A stretch of DNA of 52,799 nt from an uncultured Sangeribacter sp. (GTDB lineage: Bacteria > Bacteroidota > Bacteroidia > Bacteroidales > Muribaculaceae): contig CAZCZX010000001.1 in the NCBI GenBank assembly GCA_964503095.1, positions 1 to 52,799 on the forward strand, in the 5' to 3' direction. The notes beneath the pieces were generated by a model that saw nothing but the letters and a program-made list of their open reading frames with translations, was not told where the DNA came from and did no database searches. Below, one piece after another: positions 27,233-37,734 of this stretch (the first letter of the stretch is position 1; each line of letters opens with the position of its first letter). The position numbers and the translations under genes are program-made.

Positions 27233-27712
27233 ATGAGCAAGAAAAACGACAGAATTGAGGCATTGGTAGAAATCATTAAGAACAATAATGTTGGGAGTCA
27301 AGAAGAATTGCTCGGTATGCTCGCCAACAAAGGTATATATGTGACTCAAGCCACTCTTTCAAGAGATTTGAAGATGCTTAAGACAACCAAGGTGCCTCTT
27401 GAACATGGAGAATATGCGTATATGCTTCCCGATGCGAGAACCGCAAGAATCACCTCAGGATCTGGAAGGCAAAAATTAGACTTGTCGCGTCGCGGAGAGA
27501 ATGGCTTGATTTCTCTTGAATTTTCAGGCAATATCGGAGTTATGCTGACAAGAAACGGATATGCTTCCGGAATAGCATACGACATCGACATGCTTAATGC
27601 TCCGGAAATAGCCGGAACAATAGCGGGAGCCAATACTGTCTTTATAGTGCTCAGGGAGGGTATTTCTCACGACAAGGCTACGGAAGTACTGTCTACTATA
27701 CTTCCATTATGA
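27233..27712 (+). CDS. argR: Arginine repressor family regulator with altered ligand pocket
   Basis: SQEEL and VTQATLSRDL winged-helix motifs. C-terminal GTIAGANT replaces GTIAGDDT. Confidence 0.88.
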   Translation: MSKKNDRIEALVEIIKNNNVGSQEELLGMLANKGIYVTQATLSRDLKMLKTTKVPLEHGEYAYMLPDARTARITSGSGRQKLDLSRRGENGLISLEFSGNIGVMLTRNGYASGIAYDIDMLNAPEIAGTIAGANTVFIVLREGISHDKATEVLSTILPL

Positions 27713-27734
27713 ACAAAGAAATATTCTTAATAAT

Positions 27735-28655
27735 ATGATAAGAGTTGGAATAGCAGGAGCTGACACTGCCATGGCAGGAGAATTGATTAGGATACTTGTG
27801 AATCATCCTGATGTGGAGTTGACGAGTGCCTTTGCTCCGGGGAAGGTTGGAAGGAAAGTTGCCTCTGTGCATCATGGACTGGCAGGGGAATGTGATCTTG
27901 AATTTTCACCTGATATCAACCCCCAGAAACTCGATGTGATATTCATTGACGCTCACTCCGATGTAGCTGACAGATTCCGAATGAATACCGACCGATGGCC
28001 GGAGCTGAGAATAATAGACATGTCACACTGTCCCTCGCTTGATTTTGAGGCTCTTGAGATGGCGTATGGATTGCCAGAAATCAACCGCAAAGAACTCGTA
28101 AGAGGTTGTAAAAGAGCAGTCGTGCCTCGCTCTGTAGCTGCGGCAGCAATAATAGGACTTTACCCATTAGCTCGTCATCTTTTGCTTAAAGGGAATATAA
28201 CTGTGGGGTATGCTTGCCCTGTTGATATTGACACAGAGGAAAAGATAGGAATGGCACGCCAAGAAATACTGCATGTCTTGAAAAAGACTCAAAATTCTTT
28301 TGACGGAGATATAATAATGCGACATCTTGGGGAGGAAGTGACTGACCGAGGTCTCAAGGTCAACATCGATCTGCCATGCTCTCTCGACATAAACGAGGTA
28401 TTTAAACTTTATGAGCATTGCTATGATGATCATAATTTCACATTTATGTTGTCAAGTTCTGTTCCCGGCTATGAGGTGGAAGGAACTCAAAAGACCCTTG
28501 TCACTCTACAAAAAATTTCCGATGACAAACTGACCGTCACTGTAGTGGCAGACTGCAGGATGCGGGGAGGAGCAGGAGATGCTGTGCATATTATGAATCT
28601 GCTGTTTGGACTGCATGAGCGCACCGGCTTATATCTGAAGGCTCATAAGTTTTGA
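27735..28655 (+). CDS. ArgC (N-acetyl-gamma-glutamyl-phosphate reductase) homologue, apparently catalytically degenerate
   Basis: Recognisable scaffold (GELIRIL.NHP, IIDMS, YGLPEINR, QNSFD, AVHIMNLLFG). The GxxGY, NPGC, GxSGAG and HxH motifs are absent. Confidence 0.8.
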   Translation: MIRVGIAGADTAMAGELIRILVNHPDVELTSAFAPGKVGRKVASVHHGLAGECDLEFSPDINPQKLDVIFIDAHSDVADRFRMNTDRWPELRIIDMSHCPSLDFEALEMAYGLPEINRKELVRGCKRAVVPRSVAAAAIIGLYPLARHLLLKGNITVGYACPVDIDTEEKIGMARQEILHVLKKTQNSFDGDIIMRHLGEEVTDRGLKVNIDLPCSLDINEVFKLYEHCYDDHNFTFMLSSSVPGYEVEGTQKTLVTLQKISDDKLTVTVVADCRMRGGAGDAVHIMNLLFGLHERTGLYLKAHKF

Positions 28656-28717
28656 TGGATAAAAGGTTGGGAATCAGAATATGGAAATAGGGTTTGTAAT
28701 GATTAAAGATAGAAGAT

Positions 28718-29077
28718 ATGAGTGTAAATAAAGTGATACTTATAGGGAATGTCGGAGGTGATCCTGACGTCAGATATCCGGAGCAGGATTTTCCAGTGGC
28801 ATACTTTTCTCTTGCTACCAACGAACTTCGTGGCAACTCGGAAGTGACTGAATGGCATAATATTGTAATGACCGGCGAAAAGGCAAAATATGCAGAGCGA
28901 TATATCAGAAAAGGTATGAAACTCTATGTGGAAGGGTCATTGCGTACAAGGCAATATACTGACAAGTTTAATATAGTCCGAAAACGTACGGAAATATATG
29001 CCCAAGTCTTTGAGATTCTTAGCAGGCCCCAAGGGCAAATCCAATTACAATCGCAATCGCAGCCACCGGCAGAGTGA
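28718..29077 (+). CDS. ssb: Single-stranded DNA-binding protein (short, no acidic tip)
   Basis: VNKVILIGNVG.DP, FSLAT, TEWHNIV, YVEGSLRTR. Confidence 0.9.
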   Translation: MSVNKVILIGNVGGDPDVRYPEQDFPVAYFSLATNELRGNSEVTEWHNIVMTGEKAKYAERYIRKGMKLYVEGSLRTRQYTDKFNIVRKRTEIYAQVFEILSRPQGQIQLQSQSQPPAE

Positions 29078-29113
29078 AAATAAACAGGAATAAACTTTTA
29101 TCAGATAAATAAA

Positions 29114-31012
29114 ATGAGGAAATGGAGAATTGAGGACTCAAGTGAGCTCTACAATATTCAGGGATGGGGCCTAAGCTATTTCAGCATCAACGACCAAGGA
29201 CATGTGCAAGTGACTCCTAAAGCAGATTATGCTCCCGTAGACATTCGCCAGGTGCTTGATGAACTGAAATTGCGCGATATTTCAGCACCCATGTTGTTGA
29301 GGTTTCCAGATATTCTTGACGACAGAATCCGCAAGATAACAAGTTGCTTCAAAACAGCCAGCAAAGAATATAATTTTGAAGGGGAGAGCTATCTTGTGTA
29401 TCCAATCAAAGTGAATCAGATGCGCCAGGTGGTGGAGGAGATCGTAAGCCATGGCAATAAATACAATATCGGTCTTGAAGCCGGTTCAAAACCTGAATTG
29501 CATGCAGTCCTCGCTGTCAATACGCATGAAAATTCTCTTGTGGTATGCAATGGATATAAAGATGAGGACTATGTGGAATTGGCACTTCTCGCTCAAAAGA
29601 TGGGCAGGAGGATATACCTTGTGGTGGAAAAACTCAATGAACTTAGGCTTATAATGAAAGTTGCCAAGCGTCTGAAAGTGGAGCCAAATATCGGTATACG
29701 AATCAAACTTACTTCAGCAGGCAGCGGCAAATGGGAAGAATCGGGAGGAGACGTAAGCAAATTCGGACTCAACTCCAGTGAACTTCTTGATGCTCTTGAA
29801 TTCCTTGATAAGAATAAGATGAAGAGTTGCCTCAAGCTTATTCATTTCCATATAGGTAGTCAGATTACTAAGATACGTCGCATCAAGAATGCACTTAGGG
29901 AGGCGATGCAATTTTATGTGCAGCTTTCAAAGTCAGGATTTGAGATAGATTTCGTAGATATAGGAGGAGGTCTCGGAGTAGACTATGACGGCACTCGCTC
30001 ATCATCGGGAGAAAACTCCATGAACTATTCAATTCAGGAATATGCCAATGATGCAGTGTCGGCTCTTGTGGACGTATGCAAGAAGAACAATCTCCGCCAA
30101 CCCAATATCATTACTGAATCCGGACGATCAATGACAGCTCATCATTCCGTATTGATAATTGAAACTCTTGAGACGACACAACTCCCAATATGGAATGATA
30201 ATGATGAACTTCCTGATGATGCTCATGAGTTGACTCGTGAACTATACAATATTTGGGACAAAATTGACTCTTCGCGAGTATTTGAGGATTGGCATGATGC
30301 TCTTCAGATCAGGGAAGAAGCATTAGAACTATTTAGCCTTGGGCTTCTTGACCTCACTACCAGAGCACAAATAGAGAAATTATTCTGGAGTGTGGCACGT
30401 GACGTCCACGACATCACTAAGAGCATGAAGCATCCACCAGAAGAGTTGAGGAAAGTAGCCCGGATGCTGCCGGAAAAATATTTCTGCAATTTCTCTCTGT
30501 TTCAATCGCTCCCGGACACATGGGCTATCGACCAGATGTTTCCGACAATGCCCATTAGCCGTCTCGATGAGAAACCCACTCATGAATGCACTATCCAGGA
30601 TGTGACTTGCGACTCAGATGGGAAAATCAATCGATTTGTTGCGCCGCAAGGTGTCAGCCATTCTCTCCCGGTGCATCAACTGAAACCAGGAGAACCTTAC
30701 TATATAGGTGTCTTCCTTGTTGGAGCATATCAGGAGATTCTTGGTGACTTACACAATCTCTTTGGCGACACGGCGGCTGTCCATATCACTTGCGATAAAG
30801 ATGGATATGAGATAGAGCAGGTGATCGATGGCGAACCTGTAGCTGATGTTCTTGACTATGTGGAATACAATCCAAAGAAACTTGTGCGCAATCTTGAGAC
30901 ATGGGTTTCCAAGTCTATGAAAGCCGGTAAAATTACGGCTGAAGAGGGACGTCAGTTCTTGAATATCTATAAATCGGGACTATATGGAATCACATATCTC
31001 GAAAGAGATTGA
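29114..31012 (+). CDS. speA: Biosynthetic arginine decarboxylase
   Basis: YPIKVNQ PLP lysine, GLEAGSKPEL, HFHIGSQ, DIGGGLGVDYDG, TCDSDG, GAYQEILG. Confidence 0.97.
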   Translation: MRKWRIEDSSELYNIQGWGLSYFSINDQGHVQVTPKADYAPVDIRQVLDELKLRDISAPMLLRFPDILDDRIRKITSCFKTASKEYNFEGESYLVYPIKVNQMRQVVEEIVSHGNKYNIGLEAGSKPELHAVLAVNTHENSLVVCNGYKDEDYVELALLAQKMGRRIYLVVEKLNELRLIMKVAKRLKVEPNIGIRIKLTSAGSGKWEESGGDVSKFGLNSSELLDALEFLDKNKMKSCLKLIHFHIGSQITKIRRIKNALREAMQFYVQLSKSGFEIDFVDIGGGLGVDYDGTRSSSGENSMNYSIQEYANDAVSALVDVCKKNNLRQPNIITESGRSMTAHHSVLIIETLETTQLPIWNDNDELPDDAHELTRELYNIWDKIDSSRVFEDWHDALQIREEALELFSLGLLDLTTRAQIEKLFWSVARDVHDITKSMKHPPEELRKVARMLPEKYFCNFSLFQSLPDTWAIDQMFPTMPISRLDEKPTHECTIQDVTCDSDGKINRFVAPQGVSHSLPVHQLKPGEPYYIGVFLVGAYQEILGDLHNLFGDTAAVHITCDKDGYEIEQVIDGEPVADVLDYVEYNPKKLVRNLETWVSKSMKAGKITAEEGRQFLNIYKSGLYGITYLERD

Positions 31013-31044
31013 AGTAGATTAAACCTTAAGTAACTTCACTCCAG

Positions 31045-31815
31045 ATGAGTCGCTATTTCATTCGATTAAGTTATAGAGGAGCCCCTTTTCATGGATGGCA
31101 GATTCAGCCTAATGCAGTCAGTGTGCAGGAGGAGGTGGAAAAAGCACTTACTACTGTCTTGCGCGTTCCGGTATCGATAGTCGGTGCCGGACGCACTGAC
31201 ACAGGTGTAAATGCCCGCACCATGTATGCCCATTTCGATTATGAAGGGAATCTGCCGGATAAGGGCAGACTTTTGGTGTCTCTTAATCGACTTGTAGGCC
31301 ACGATATAGCCATTCATGATATTTTCCCGGTTAAAAATGATGCGCATGCAAGGTTTGATGCCACTCAACGGACATATAAATATTTTGTGGCATTTGAAAA
31401 GACCCCTTTTTTCTATCCGTTAAGTTGGTATTGTCCTCACGGGCTTGATCTCGACAAAATGAATGAGGCTGCCAAATTGCTTAAAGAAACTGAAGACTTT
31501 ACATCATTTGCAAAGCTCCATAGCGATGCAAAGACAAATATCTGCCATGTGTCTCATGCCCAATGGACTAAAGAAGGAGATTCAATGGCAGTATTTACAA
31601 TTTCTGCCGATAGGTTTCTCAGGAACATGGTCAGGGCAATTGTGGGAACACTTGTTGATGTAGGACGCGGAAAGTTGTCGCCGAATGATTTTAAAGAGAT
31701 AATACGGAAAAAAGACCGTTGCTCTGCAGGACAGTCAATGCCTGGGGAAGCATTGTTTTTATGGGATATTAAATATTCAGTTTTGTCGAACGAAGGAGGA
31801 AGGATAGAAGATTAA
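31045..31815 (+). CDS. truA: tRNA pseudouridine(38-40) synthase
   Basis: FHGWQIQ, GAGRTDTGV, HARFDA, FLRNMVRAIVG. Confidence 0.95.
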   Translation: MSRYFIRLSYRGAPFHGWQIQPNAVSVQEEVEKALTTVLRVPVSIVGAGRTDTGVNARTMYAHFDYEGNLPDKGRLLVSLNRLVGHDIAIHDIFPVKNDAHARFDATQRTYKYFVAFEKTPFFYPLSWYCPHGLDLDKMNEAAKLLKETEDFTSFAKLHSDAKTNICHVSHAQWTKEGDSMAVFTISADRFLRNMVRAIVGTLVDVGRGKLSPNDFKEIIRKKDRCSAGQSMPGEALFLWDIKYSVLSNEGGRIED

Positions 31816-31873
31816 AATGTTATTAGGATGAGGGTTTGGGGAGTAAGTATTGTAAACTTGATATAGAAAAACC

Positions 31874-33892
31874 ATGAATGCGGAAGAAAGAATCATCGAG
31901 CTTCGCAATGAGCTCAACAAGCATAATCATAATTATTATGTGCTAAATGCTCCGGAAATCAGCGATAAGGAGTTTGATATGCTTATGAAAGAATTGGAAG
32001 CCCTCGAAAAGGAGCATCCTGAGCTTAAAGATCCACTTTCACCTACTCAGCGCGTTGGATCAGACCTTACTAAAGGATTTGATCATATTGTGCATGAACG
32101 CCCGATGCTTTCTTTATCAAATACATACACTATAGGAGAAGTGGATGAATGGTTTGACAGGGTGAAGAAAGGACTGGAAGGTCAGGAATTTGAAATCACA
32201 GGTGAGATGAAATATGACGGCACTTCCATTTCTTTGACCTATGAAGGAGGACGACTGATTAGAGCAGTGACCCGTGGAGATGGAACACAAGGTGATGATG
32301 TCACTGCCAATGTGAAGACAATCAGAAGTATTCCGCTCGTGCTTCAGCCCGGTGACTGGCCGGAAAAATTTGAAATCCGTGGGGAGATACTTATGCCATG
32401 GAAAGTTTTTGATGAGCTAAACAAGGAACGCGAATATAACGAGGAGCCACTCTTTGCCAATCCACGGAACGCAGCAAGCGGAACTCTGAAAACCCAAGAT
32501 CCTCGAGAAGTAGCCAAAAGAAAATTGGATGCGATTTTCTATTATCTGCTTTCAGACAATCTTCCTTTCGACACGCATTTTTCCAATATGGAAGCTGCTC
32601 GGAAATGGGGGTTCAAAGTTTCGGGAGAAATGAAAATATTGCATACTGTAGAGGAAGTGGACGCCTACATTGACTATTGGGATGGAGCAAGAAAGGAACT
32701 TCCGGTGGCCACCGATGGACTGGTGTTTAAAGTCAATTCATTGCGTCAGCAATTGAATCTCGGCTTCACTGCAAAATCTCCACGCTGGGCGGTTGCATTC
32801 AAGTTTAATCCTGAGAATGCATGCACACAATTACGCCATGTAAGTTTTGAGACCGGACGAATGGGTATCGTAACTCCAGTTGCAAATCTTGACCCGGTGC
32901 TTCTTTCCGGCACTATTGTGAAGCGAGCATCCCTGCACAATGCAGATATCATGAAAGAACTCGACATTCATGAGAAAGATTGGCTCTATGTGGAAAAAGG
33001 AGGTGAGATTATTCCTAAAATTACAGGCGTGGATGAAAGCAGAAGAGATCCGAATAGCAAACCTGTGGAATTTGTAAGTCATTGCCCGGTATGCGGCACT
33101 CCTCTTGTGAATAAGGAGGGTGATGCAGCGTGGATATGTCCTAACAAATATGGTTGTAGGCCGCAGATCACTGGAAGAATAGAGCATTTCTGTGCACGCA
33201 GGATGATGAATATTGACGGAGTGGGAGAGGAGACTGCAGAGTTGCTCTACGACAAGGGTCTTGTGACAACTTCAGCCGATCTTTACGACCTTACTAAAGA
33301 GCAACTTTCAATACTTGACCGATTTGGCGACAAGAGTGCCGAAAGAATACTCAACGGACTTGAAGCATCGAAACAAGTTCCATTTGAGAGAGTAGTTTAT
33401 GCCCTTTCCATTCCAAATGTAGGCGAGACCACTGCAAAGCGTGTGGCAAAGAGTGTGAAAAGCATGGAGAGGATGCAGAAGATGAGTGTAGAGGAATTGC
33501 AGTCAATCCCTGACGTAGGTCCAATAGTGGCTCAAGGCATATACGACTATCTGCGCGATCCTATCAATGTGGAGAATATCAGTAGACTGACCGACGCGGG
33601 ACTGCAGATGCATTTGAGCGAAGAAAAGATGCTTCCTGCAGGCACTGCTCTTGAAGGGGAGTCGATAGTAATCTCAGGCACATTTGCACATCATAGCCGC
33701 GAGGAATATAAGGAAATGATTGAGGCAAATGGAGGTAAAAATGTGGGAAGCATCTCAAAAAAGACCTCATTTGTATTGGCTGGAGAAAACATGGGACCGG
33801 CAAAACTCGAGAAATGCCAAAAACTCGGCATCCCCATTATTTCTGAAGATGAATTCCTCGAAAAACTAAAGAATGCCGACAGATCGGAATAA
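31874..33892 (+). CDS. ligA: NAD-dependent DNA ligase
   Basis: KYDG adenylation motif, [13 protein letters not shown], zinc finger, HhH and BRCT domains. Confidence 0.97.
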   Translation: MNAEERIIELRNELNKHNHNYYVLNAPEISDKEFDMLMKELEALEKEHPELKDPLSPTQRVGSDLTKGFDHIVHERPMLSLSNTYTIGEVDEWFDRVKKGLEGQEFEITGEMKYDGTSISLTYEGGRLIRAVTRGDGTQGDDVTANVKTIRSIPLVLQPGDWPEKFEIRGEILMPWKVFDELNKEREYNEEPLFANPRNAASGTLKTQDPREVAKRKLDAIFYYLLSDNLPFDTHFSNMEAARKWGFKVSGEMKILHTVEEVDAYIDYWDGARKELPVATDGLVFKVNSLRQQLNLGFTAKSPRWAVAFKFNPENACTQLRHVSFETGRMGIVTPVANLDPVLLSGTIVKRASLHNADIMKELDIHEKDWLYVEKGGEIIPKITGVDESRRDPNSKPVEFVSHCPVCGTPLVNKEGDAAWICPNKYGCRPQITGRIEHFCARRMMNIDGVGEETAELLYDKGLVTTSADLYDLTKEQLSILDRFGDKSAERILNGLEASKQVPFERVVYALSIPNVGETTAKRVAKSVKSMERMQKMSVEELQSIPDVGPIVAQGIYDYLRDPINVENISRLTDAGLQMHLSEEKMLPAGTALEGESIVISGTFAHHSREEYKEMIEANGGKNVGSISKKTSFVLAGENMGPAKLEKCQKLGIPIISEDEFLEKLKNADRSE

Positions 33893-34450
33893 TTCGGCGT
33901 AGTATTCTGCCTTTTTTTCTATTTTCATAGGATATGCACGGCTTGTGGATGGCATTCGCCAAATCCGCAGGCCGTCGACTGATTCAGTCATTTCTCCCAT
34001 CTTTGGACGTTGGGTGCCGGTAAGTTCGGCAATAATATCAGCAGCTTTTTCGCCGGTGGTAGCAATAGTATGGCATTCCGGGATTTCTTTTAATAAGTCA
34101 TATAAAGGAACGGGCTTTACAATCTCAAGAAACTTATCGGAAGCGTTACCTTTTAGTCGTCGCACTTCGCGAGCCGTGTCGTGCATGGCAATATGATGAT
34201 CTGCCATCAGCGCCCTACATTCTTCCTCGCGAAAACATTTGTTTTCTGCATCATACAGAGCATTCTTATCTCCAAGAAAGAGCATTCCGCATATTCGCCA
34301 ATAGTCATTGATAGGGTTAGGGTAATAGAAATTCATGCTCCAACGGTGCTCACCGGGAGGAAATGTGCCCATAATCAATACTCGTGCCCCTTCAGGAAGA
34401 AATGGAGGGAAAGGATGAATCTCTATATTATTTTTCGACTCAGTATTCAT
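33866..34450 (-). CDS. Uracil-DNA glycosylase superfamily protein
   Basis: HPFPP, GTFPP, FYYPN..NDYW, MPSTS. ATG 34450 lies 5 nt after the upstream stop. Confidence 0.82.
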   Translation of the reverse strand: MNTESKNNIEIHPFPPFLPEGARVLIMGTFPPGEHRWSMNFYYPNPINDYWRICGMLFLGDKNALYDAENKCFREEECRALMADHHIAMHDTAREVRRLKGNASDKFLEIVKPVPLYDLLKEIPECHTIATTGEKAADIIAELTGTQRPKMGEMTESVDGLRIWRMPSTSRAYPMKIEKKAEYYAELFRSVGIL

Positions 34451-34454
34451 GATT

Positions 34455-35555
34455 TCAAGATTCTTCTGGTATTGATTTTGGAATTCTCGGGTAGGATATA
34501 TATCGCTCATAATATGCCATTATAAGAGACGATACTGGAAGTGCTATGATCATTCCAATAATACCCAATAGACTTCCCCAAATGGAAAGTGACAACAGAA
34601 TTACAGCAGCATTCATACCCATTTCCTTACCCATGATATGCGGAGTGAGAATATAATCACAAATACATTGACTCACAACATATACGAGCAGAGAACGTCC
34701 GAACAGACTAATAAAGGTGATGTCGCCACTTAATGAATAGATTGCACATATTATAGCAACCGGAATCAGTGTTACGTATTGAAAATAAGGAATCATGTAT
34801 AGAATTCCCACCAGAATGCCCATTGGAATGGCAAGAGGAAGACCGATAATGCTGAATCCTATACAGTAAAAAACAGCGGCGCATAGAGCAACAAGACCTT
34901 GACCACGAAAATAATGATCCATGCTTTTTTGCACATCTTTGACCACTATCATTGCTTGTGGACGATATTTATGAGGGATGATGAGTTTAAATCCCTTTAC
35001 TATCTGCGGATAATCAATCAAGATGAAGAGTACATAGACCACTGTTAAAGCCCACCCGAGAACATCAAGTATCACTGTTATTGATTCGTTAAGAAGAGAT
35101 GTTCCTTTGCTGATGATGGTGCCTATATGAAGATTAGAAAGTTGACCTTTCAAAGTGCTGGGCTGAATATATCGCTCAAACCAATCAATTACAGTGACGT
35201 ATTCCGGGGGAAGGGGACGTTTCCCGGAAGTCACTTCATGCATGATACTGCTCATCATGTCAAGTTCCCTCACAACAGAAGGAAGGAAAATATAGACAAT
35301 CAGAGCCACCACGGCAAGCACTTCCAATAGAGAAAGAATAGAGGAAATGGCCCTTCCTTTCTCATGAATGAAACGCCTGTTTAATCCTACAAGAGGCTGA
35401 AGCATATATGCTATAAAGCATGCAATAAAGAAAGGCAGCAACACATCGCTGAGATAGTCGATAAGAAAAACCAATGCGGCTGTCAATGCCAGACCGATGA
35501 TAAGTTTCATTATGCGATCGACATTCCAATAATGTATGTTTTCTTGTGCAGACAT
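34455..35555 (-). CDS. AI-2E family transporter
   Basis: LLPFFIA..IAY.L.P, YFRGQ, IPY, P.IMG and WG.LLG..G...ALP pattern; multiple TM helices. Confidence 0.9.
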   Translation of the reverse strand: MSAQENIHYWNVDRIMKLIIGLALTAALVFLIDYLSDVLLPFFIACFIAYMLQPLVGLNRRFIHEKGRAISSILSLLEVLAVVALIVYIFLPSVVRELDMMSSIMHEVTSGKRPLPPEYVTVIDWFERYIQPSTLKGQLSNLHIGTIISKGTSLLNESITVILDVLGWALTVVYVLFILIDYPQIVKGFKLIIPHKYRPQAMIVVKDVQKSMDHYFRGQGLVALCAAVFYCIGFSIIGLPLAIPMGILVGILYMIPYFQYVTLIPVAIICAIYSLSGDITFISLFGRSLLVYVVSQCICDYILTPHIMGKEMGMNAAVILLSLSIWGSLLGIIGMIIALPVSSLIMAYYERYISYPRIPKSIPEES

Positions 35556-35688
35556 AATATAAGCAGTAAGATATATAGTGGATTTTTATGATAAACGTCA
35601 ATTTTGACTGATTTGTTCAAAAAGTATATACATTAATTATACATAGGTTGATTCCTCGTCTTTTTTATGTGTATCTTAAGCAGGATTA

Positions 35689-35720
35689 TTTGGATTTGTA
35701 TTCAATTTATCTTAATTTTG
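35689..35720 (+). promoter_or_regulatory. Sigma-A promoter for mscS; implies a start downstream of the ORF-track start
   Basis: TTTG (35689-35692), 20-nt spacer, TAATTTTG (35713-35720). Confidence 0.65.
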
Positions 35721-35759
35721 CAGTATAATTGGCAAATCGCTCTAAATTCACTCAATACG

Positions 35760-37658
35760 ATGAGATATACATTGAAAAAAACTACTATATCATACACGAA
35801 GGGCAAAAGACAAAGTCTCCTCATGACTCTTTTTTTGCTATTTATAGTTTTGCTCCCCTTTGATTCGAGTTCTCAGATAATTAAGAAAGCCGGCGAATTA
35901 TTGATGCCATCTAAAAATCAAGTTCATACCGATACTGCCAATGCTTATGATTATGGCAGAATTACTCCGGAGGAAAGAATAAAGGCTGATTCCATAAAAC
36001 TGCTTGAAATGACAATGCAACTTGAGGAGATGCGTCTTAATGAGATTCTTCTCCGCAATAAGCTTGATGAAAACAATCAGCTGCATATGGCAGATTCAAT
36101 GAAAAGGGCAGCCCAGATTCACCGCATAGATTCATTGAGAGAAATCACTCCTGGAGTTCCGGTAGTAGTAGAGGAAGATACCCTATTCCGAATTTACGCT
36201 GCTCGTGGGGGTCATTCTGCATTAGACAGAGCGGAGACAACTATACAGACTATCATCAAAATTGGACACGACAGACGACTGAGGCGAGATTCTGTATTCT
36301 TGCTTGATAATGACACTTATGTAGACATTATGTATGGCGACAAGGTGATAATCAGTGTCACAGAGCAAGATGCTTTGTGGAATGCAACTACGCCACAAAA
36401 ACTTGCTAATGTCTACATGCCCATCATTTCTGACAAGATAGAATTGATGAGGGAAGAAAACAGTTTTTGGCAGATAATCAAAAGAATAGCGCTGTTCATT
36501 ATAGTTATCTGCATTCAGTGTCTTATTGTAAAGCTGATCAACTATCTCTTTAGAAAACTTCGCAGAAGAATTGTATGGCTGAAGATTCATAAACTTAAGC
36601 CACTCGTGATACGCGACTATGAATTGCTCAATCAAAATTATCTTGGAAGGATACTGCTTTTCTTTAGCAGAATCATTCATTATATAATTCTCATTCTCCT
36701 TTTTATCTTCACAGTTCCAATTCTTTTCTCAATATTCCCACAGACAGAGAATCTTGCACTTAAGATTTTCTATTATATCGTAGACCCCATCAAGATGGTG
36801 GTCAAGGCTATATTTGACTATATTCCCAATTTATTCATCATTGCAATCATTTGGTATACCGTAAGATACATTGTAAAAGGAATAAGATACATTTCAAATG
36901 AGATAAAGAGTGAAAAACTCAAGATAGCCGGATTTTATCCTGACTGGGCTGAACCGACCTTCAATATCATCCGATTTCTGCTATATGCCTTCATGATAGC
37001 AATGATCTATCCATATCTCCCGGGTGCTGAGTCAGGAGTTTTCCAAGGCATTTCTGTGTTTGTAGGCCTAATTGTTTCTTTAGGTTCAAGTTCAGTCATC
37101 TCAAACTTCATAGCCGGTTTCGTGATCACCTATATGCGGCCATTCAAGACAGGAGATTTCATTAAAGTGAATGATACGATTGGAAATGTAGTGGAGAAGT
37201 CTCCATTTATTACTCGTATACGCACTATAAAAAATGAAATTGTTACCATACCAAACTCATTTATCACCACATCCAACACAGTCAACTATTCTTCATCAGC
37301 GCGACAGTATGGACTAATCATTCACACCATGTTGACAATGGGATATGACGTGCCTTGGAGGAAAGTGCATGAGCTATTGATTGACGCAGCCTTGAAGACA
37401 AAGGGAGTACTTGAGCATCCGGCACCCTTCGTCTTAGAAACGGAACTCAACGATAATTACATGTGCTATCAGATCAACGCCTATATAAAGGATGCGGATG
37501 ACATGCCCGTTATCATGTCAGACCTATTGCAGAACATTCAGGATAACTTCAACGAAGCAGGCATCGAACTATTTGCTCCACATCACTTCAAGACAACCTC
37601 AAAAATCCAAGACCCCATCCGAGTAGAAGCCTCCCCTCTCACCGACATCCTCAAATGA
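35760..37658 (+). CDS. MscS-family mechanosensitive channel with large N-terminal extracytoplasmic domain
   Basis: SNFIAG, RPFKTGDFI, VTIPNS, NYS and GYDV motifs. The start could alternatively be the ATG at 35823. Confidence 0.88.
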   Translation: MRYTLKKTTISYTKGKRQSLLMTLFLLFIVLLPFDSSSQIIKKAGELLMPSKNQVHTDTANAYDYGRITPEERIKADSIKLLEMTMQLEEMRLNEILLRNKLDENNQLHMADSMKRAAQIHRIDSLREITPGVPVVVEEDTLFRIYAARGGHSALDRAETTIQTIIKIGHDRRLRRDSVFLLDNDTYVDIMYGDKVIISVTEQDALWNATTPQKLANVYMPIISDKIELMREENSFWQIIKRIALFIIVICIQCLIVKLINYLFRKLRRRIVWLKIHKLKPLVIRDYELLNQNYLGRILLFFSRIIHYIILILLFIFTVPILFSIFPQTENLALKIFYYIVDPIKMVVKAIFDYIPNLFIIAIIWYTVRYIVKGIRYISNEIKSEKLKIAGFYPDWAEPTFNIIRFLLYAFMIAMIYPYLPGAESGVFQGISVFVGLIVSLGSSSVISNFIAGFVITYMRPFKTGDFIKVNDTIGNVVEKSPFITRIRTIKNEIVTIPNSFITTSNTVNYSSSARQYGLIIHTMLTMGYDVPWRKVHELLIDAALKTKGVLEHPAPFVLETELNDNYMCYQINAYIKDADDMPVIMSDLLQNIQDNFNEAGIELFAPHHFKTTSKIQDPIRVEASPLTDILK

Positions 37659-37678
37659 TCCCCGCATCTCTACATAAA

Positions 37679-37713
37679 ATAAGGTCCTATCCAACAAAGG
37701 ATAAGGACCTTAT
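37679..37713. terminator. Hairpin between convergent mscS and prfC
   Basis: ATAAGGTCC-TATCC / GGATA-AGGACCTTAT with one bulged base. Confidence 0.7.
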
Positions 37714-37734
37714 CATTATCTAATCAATAAAAAT

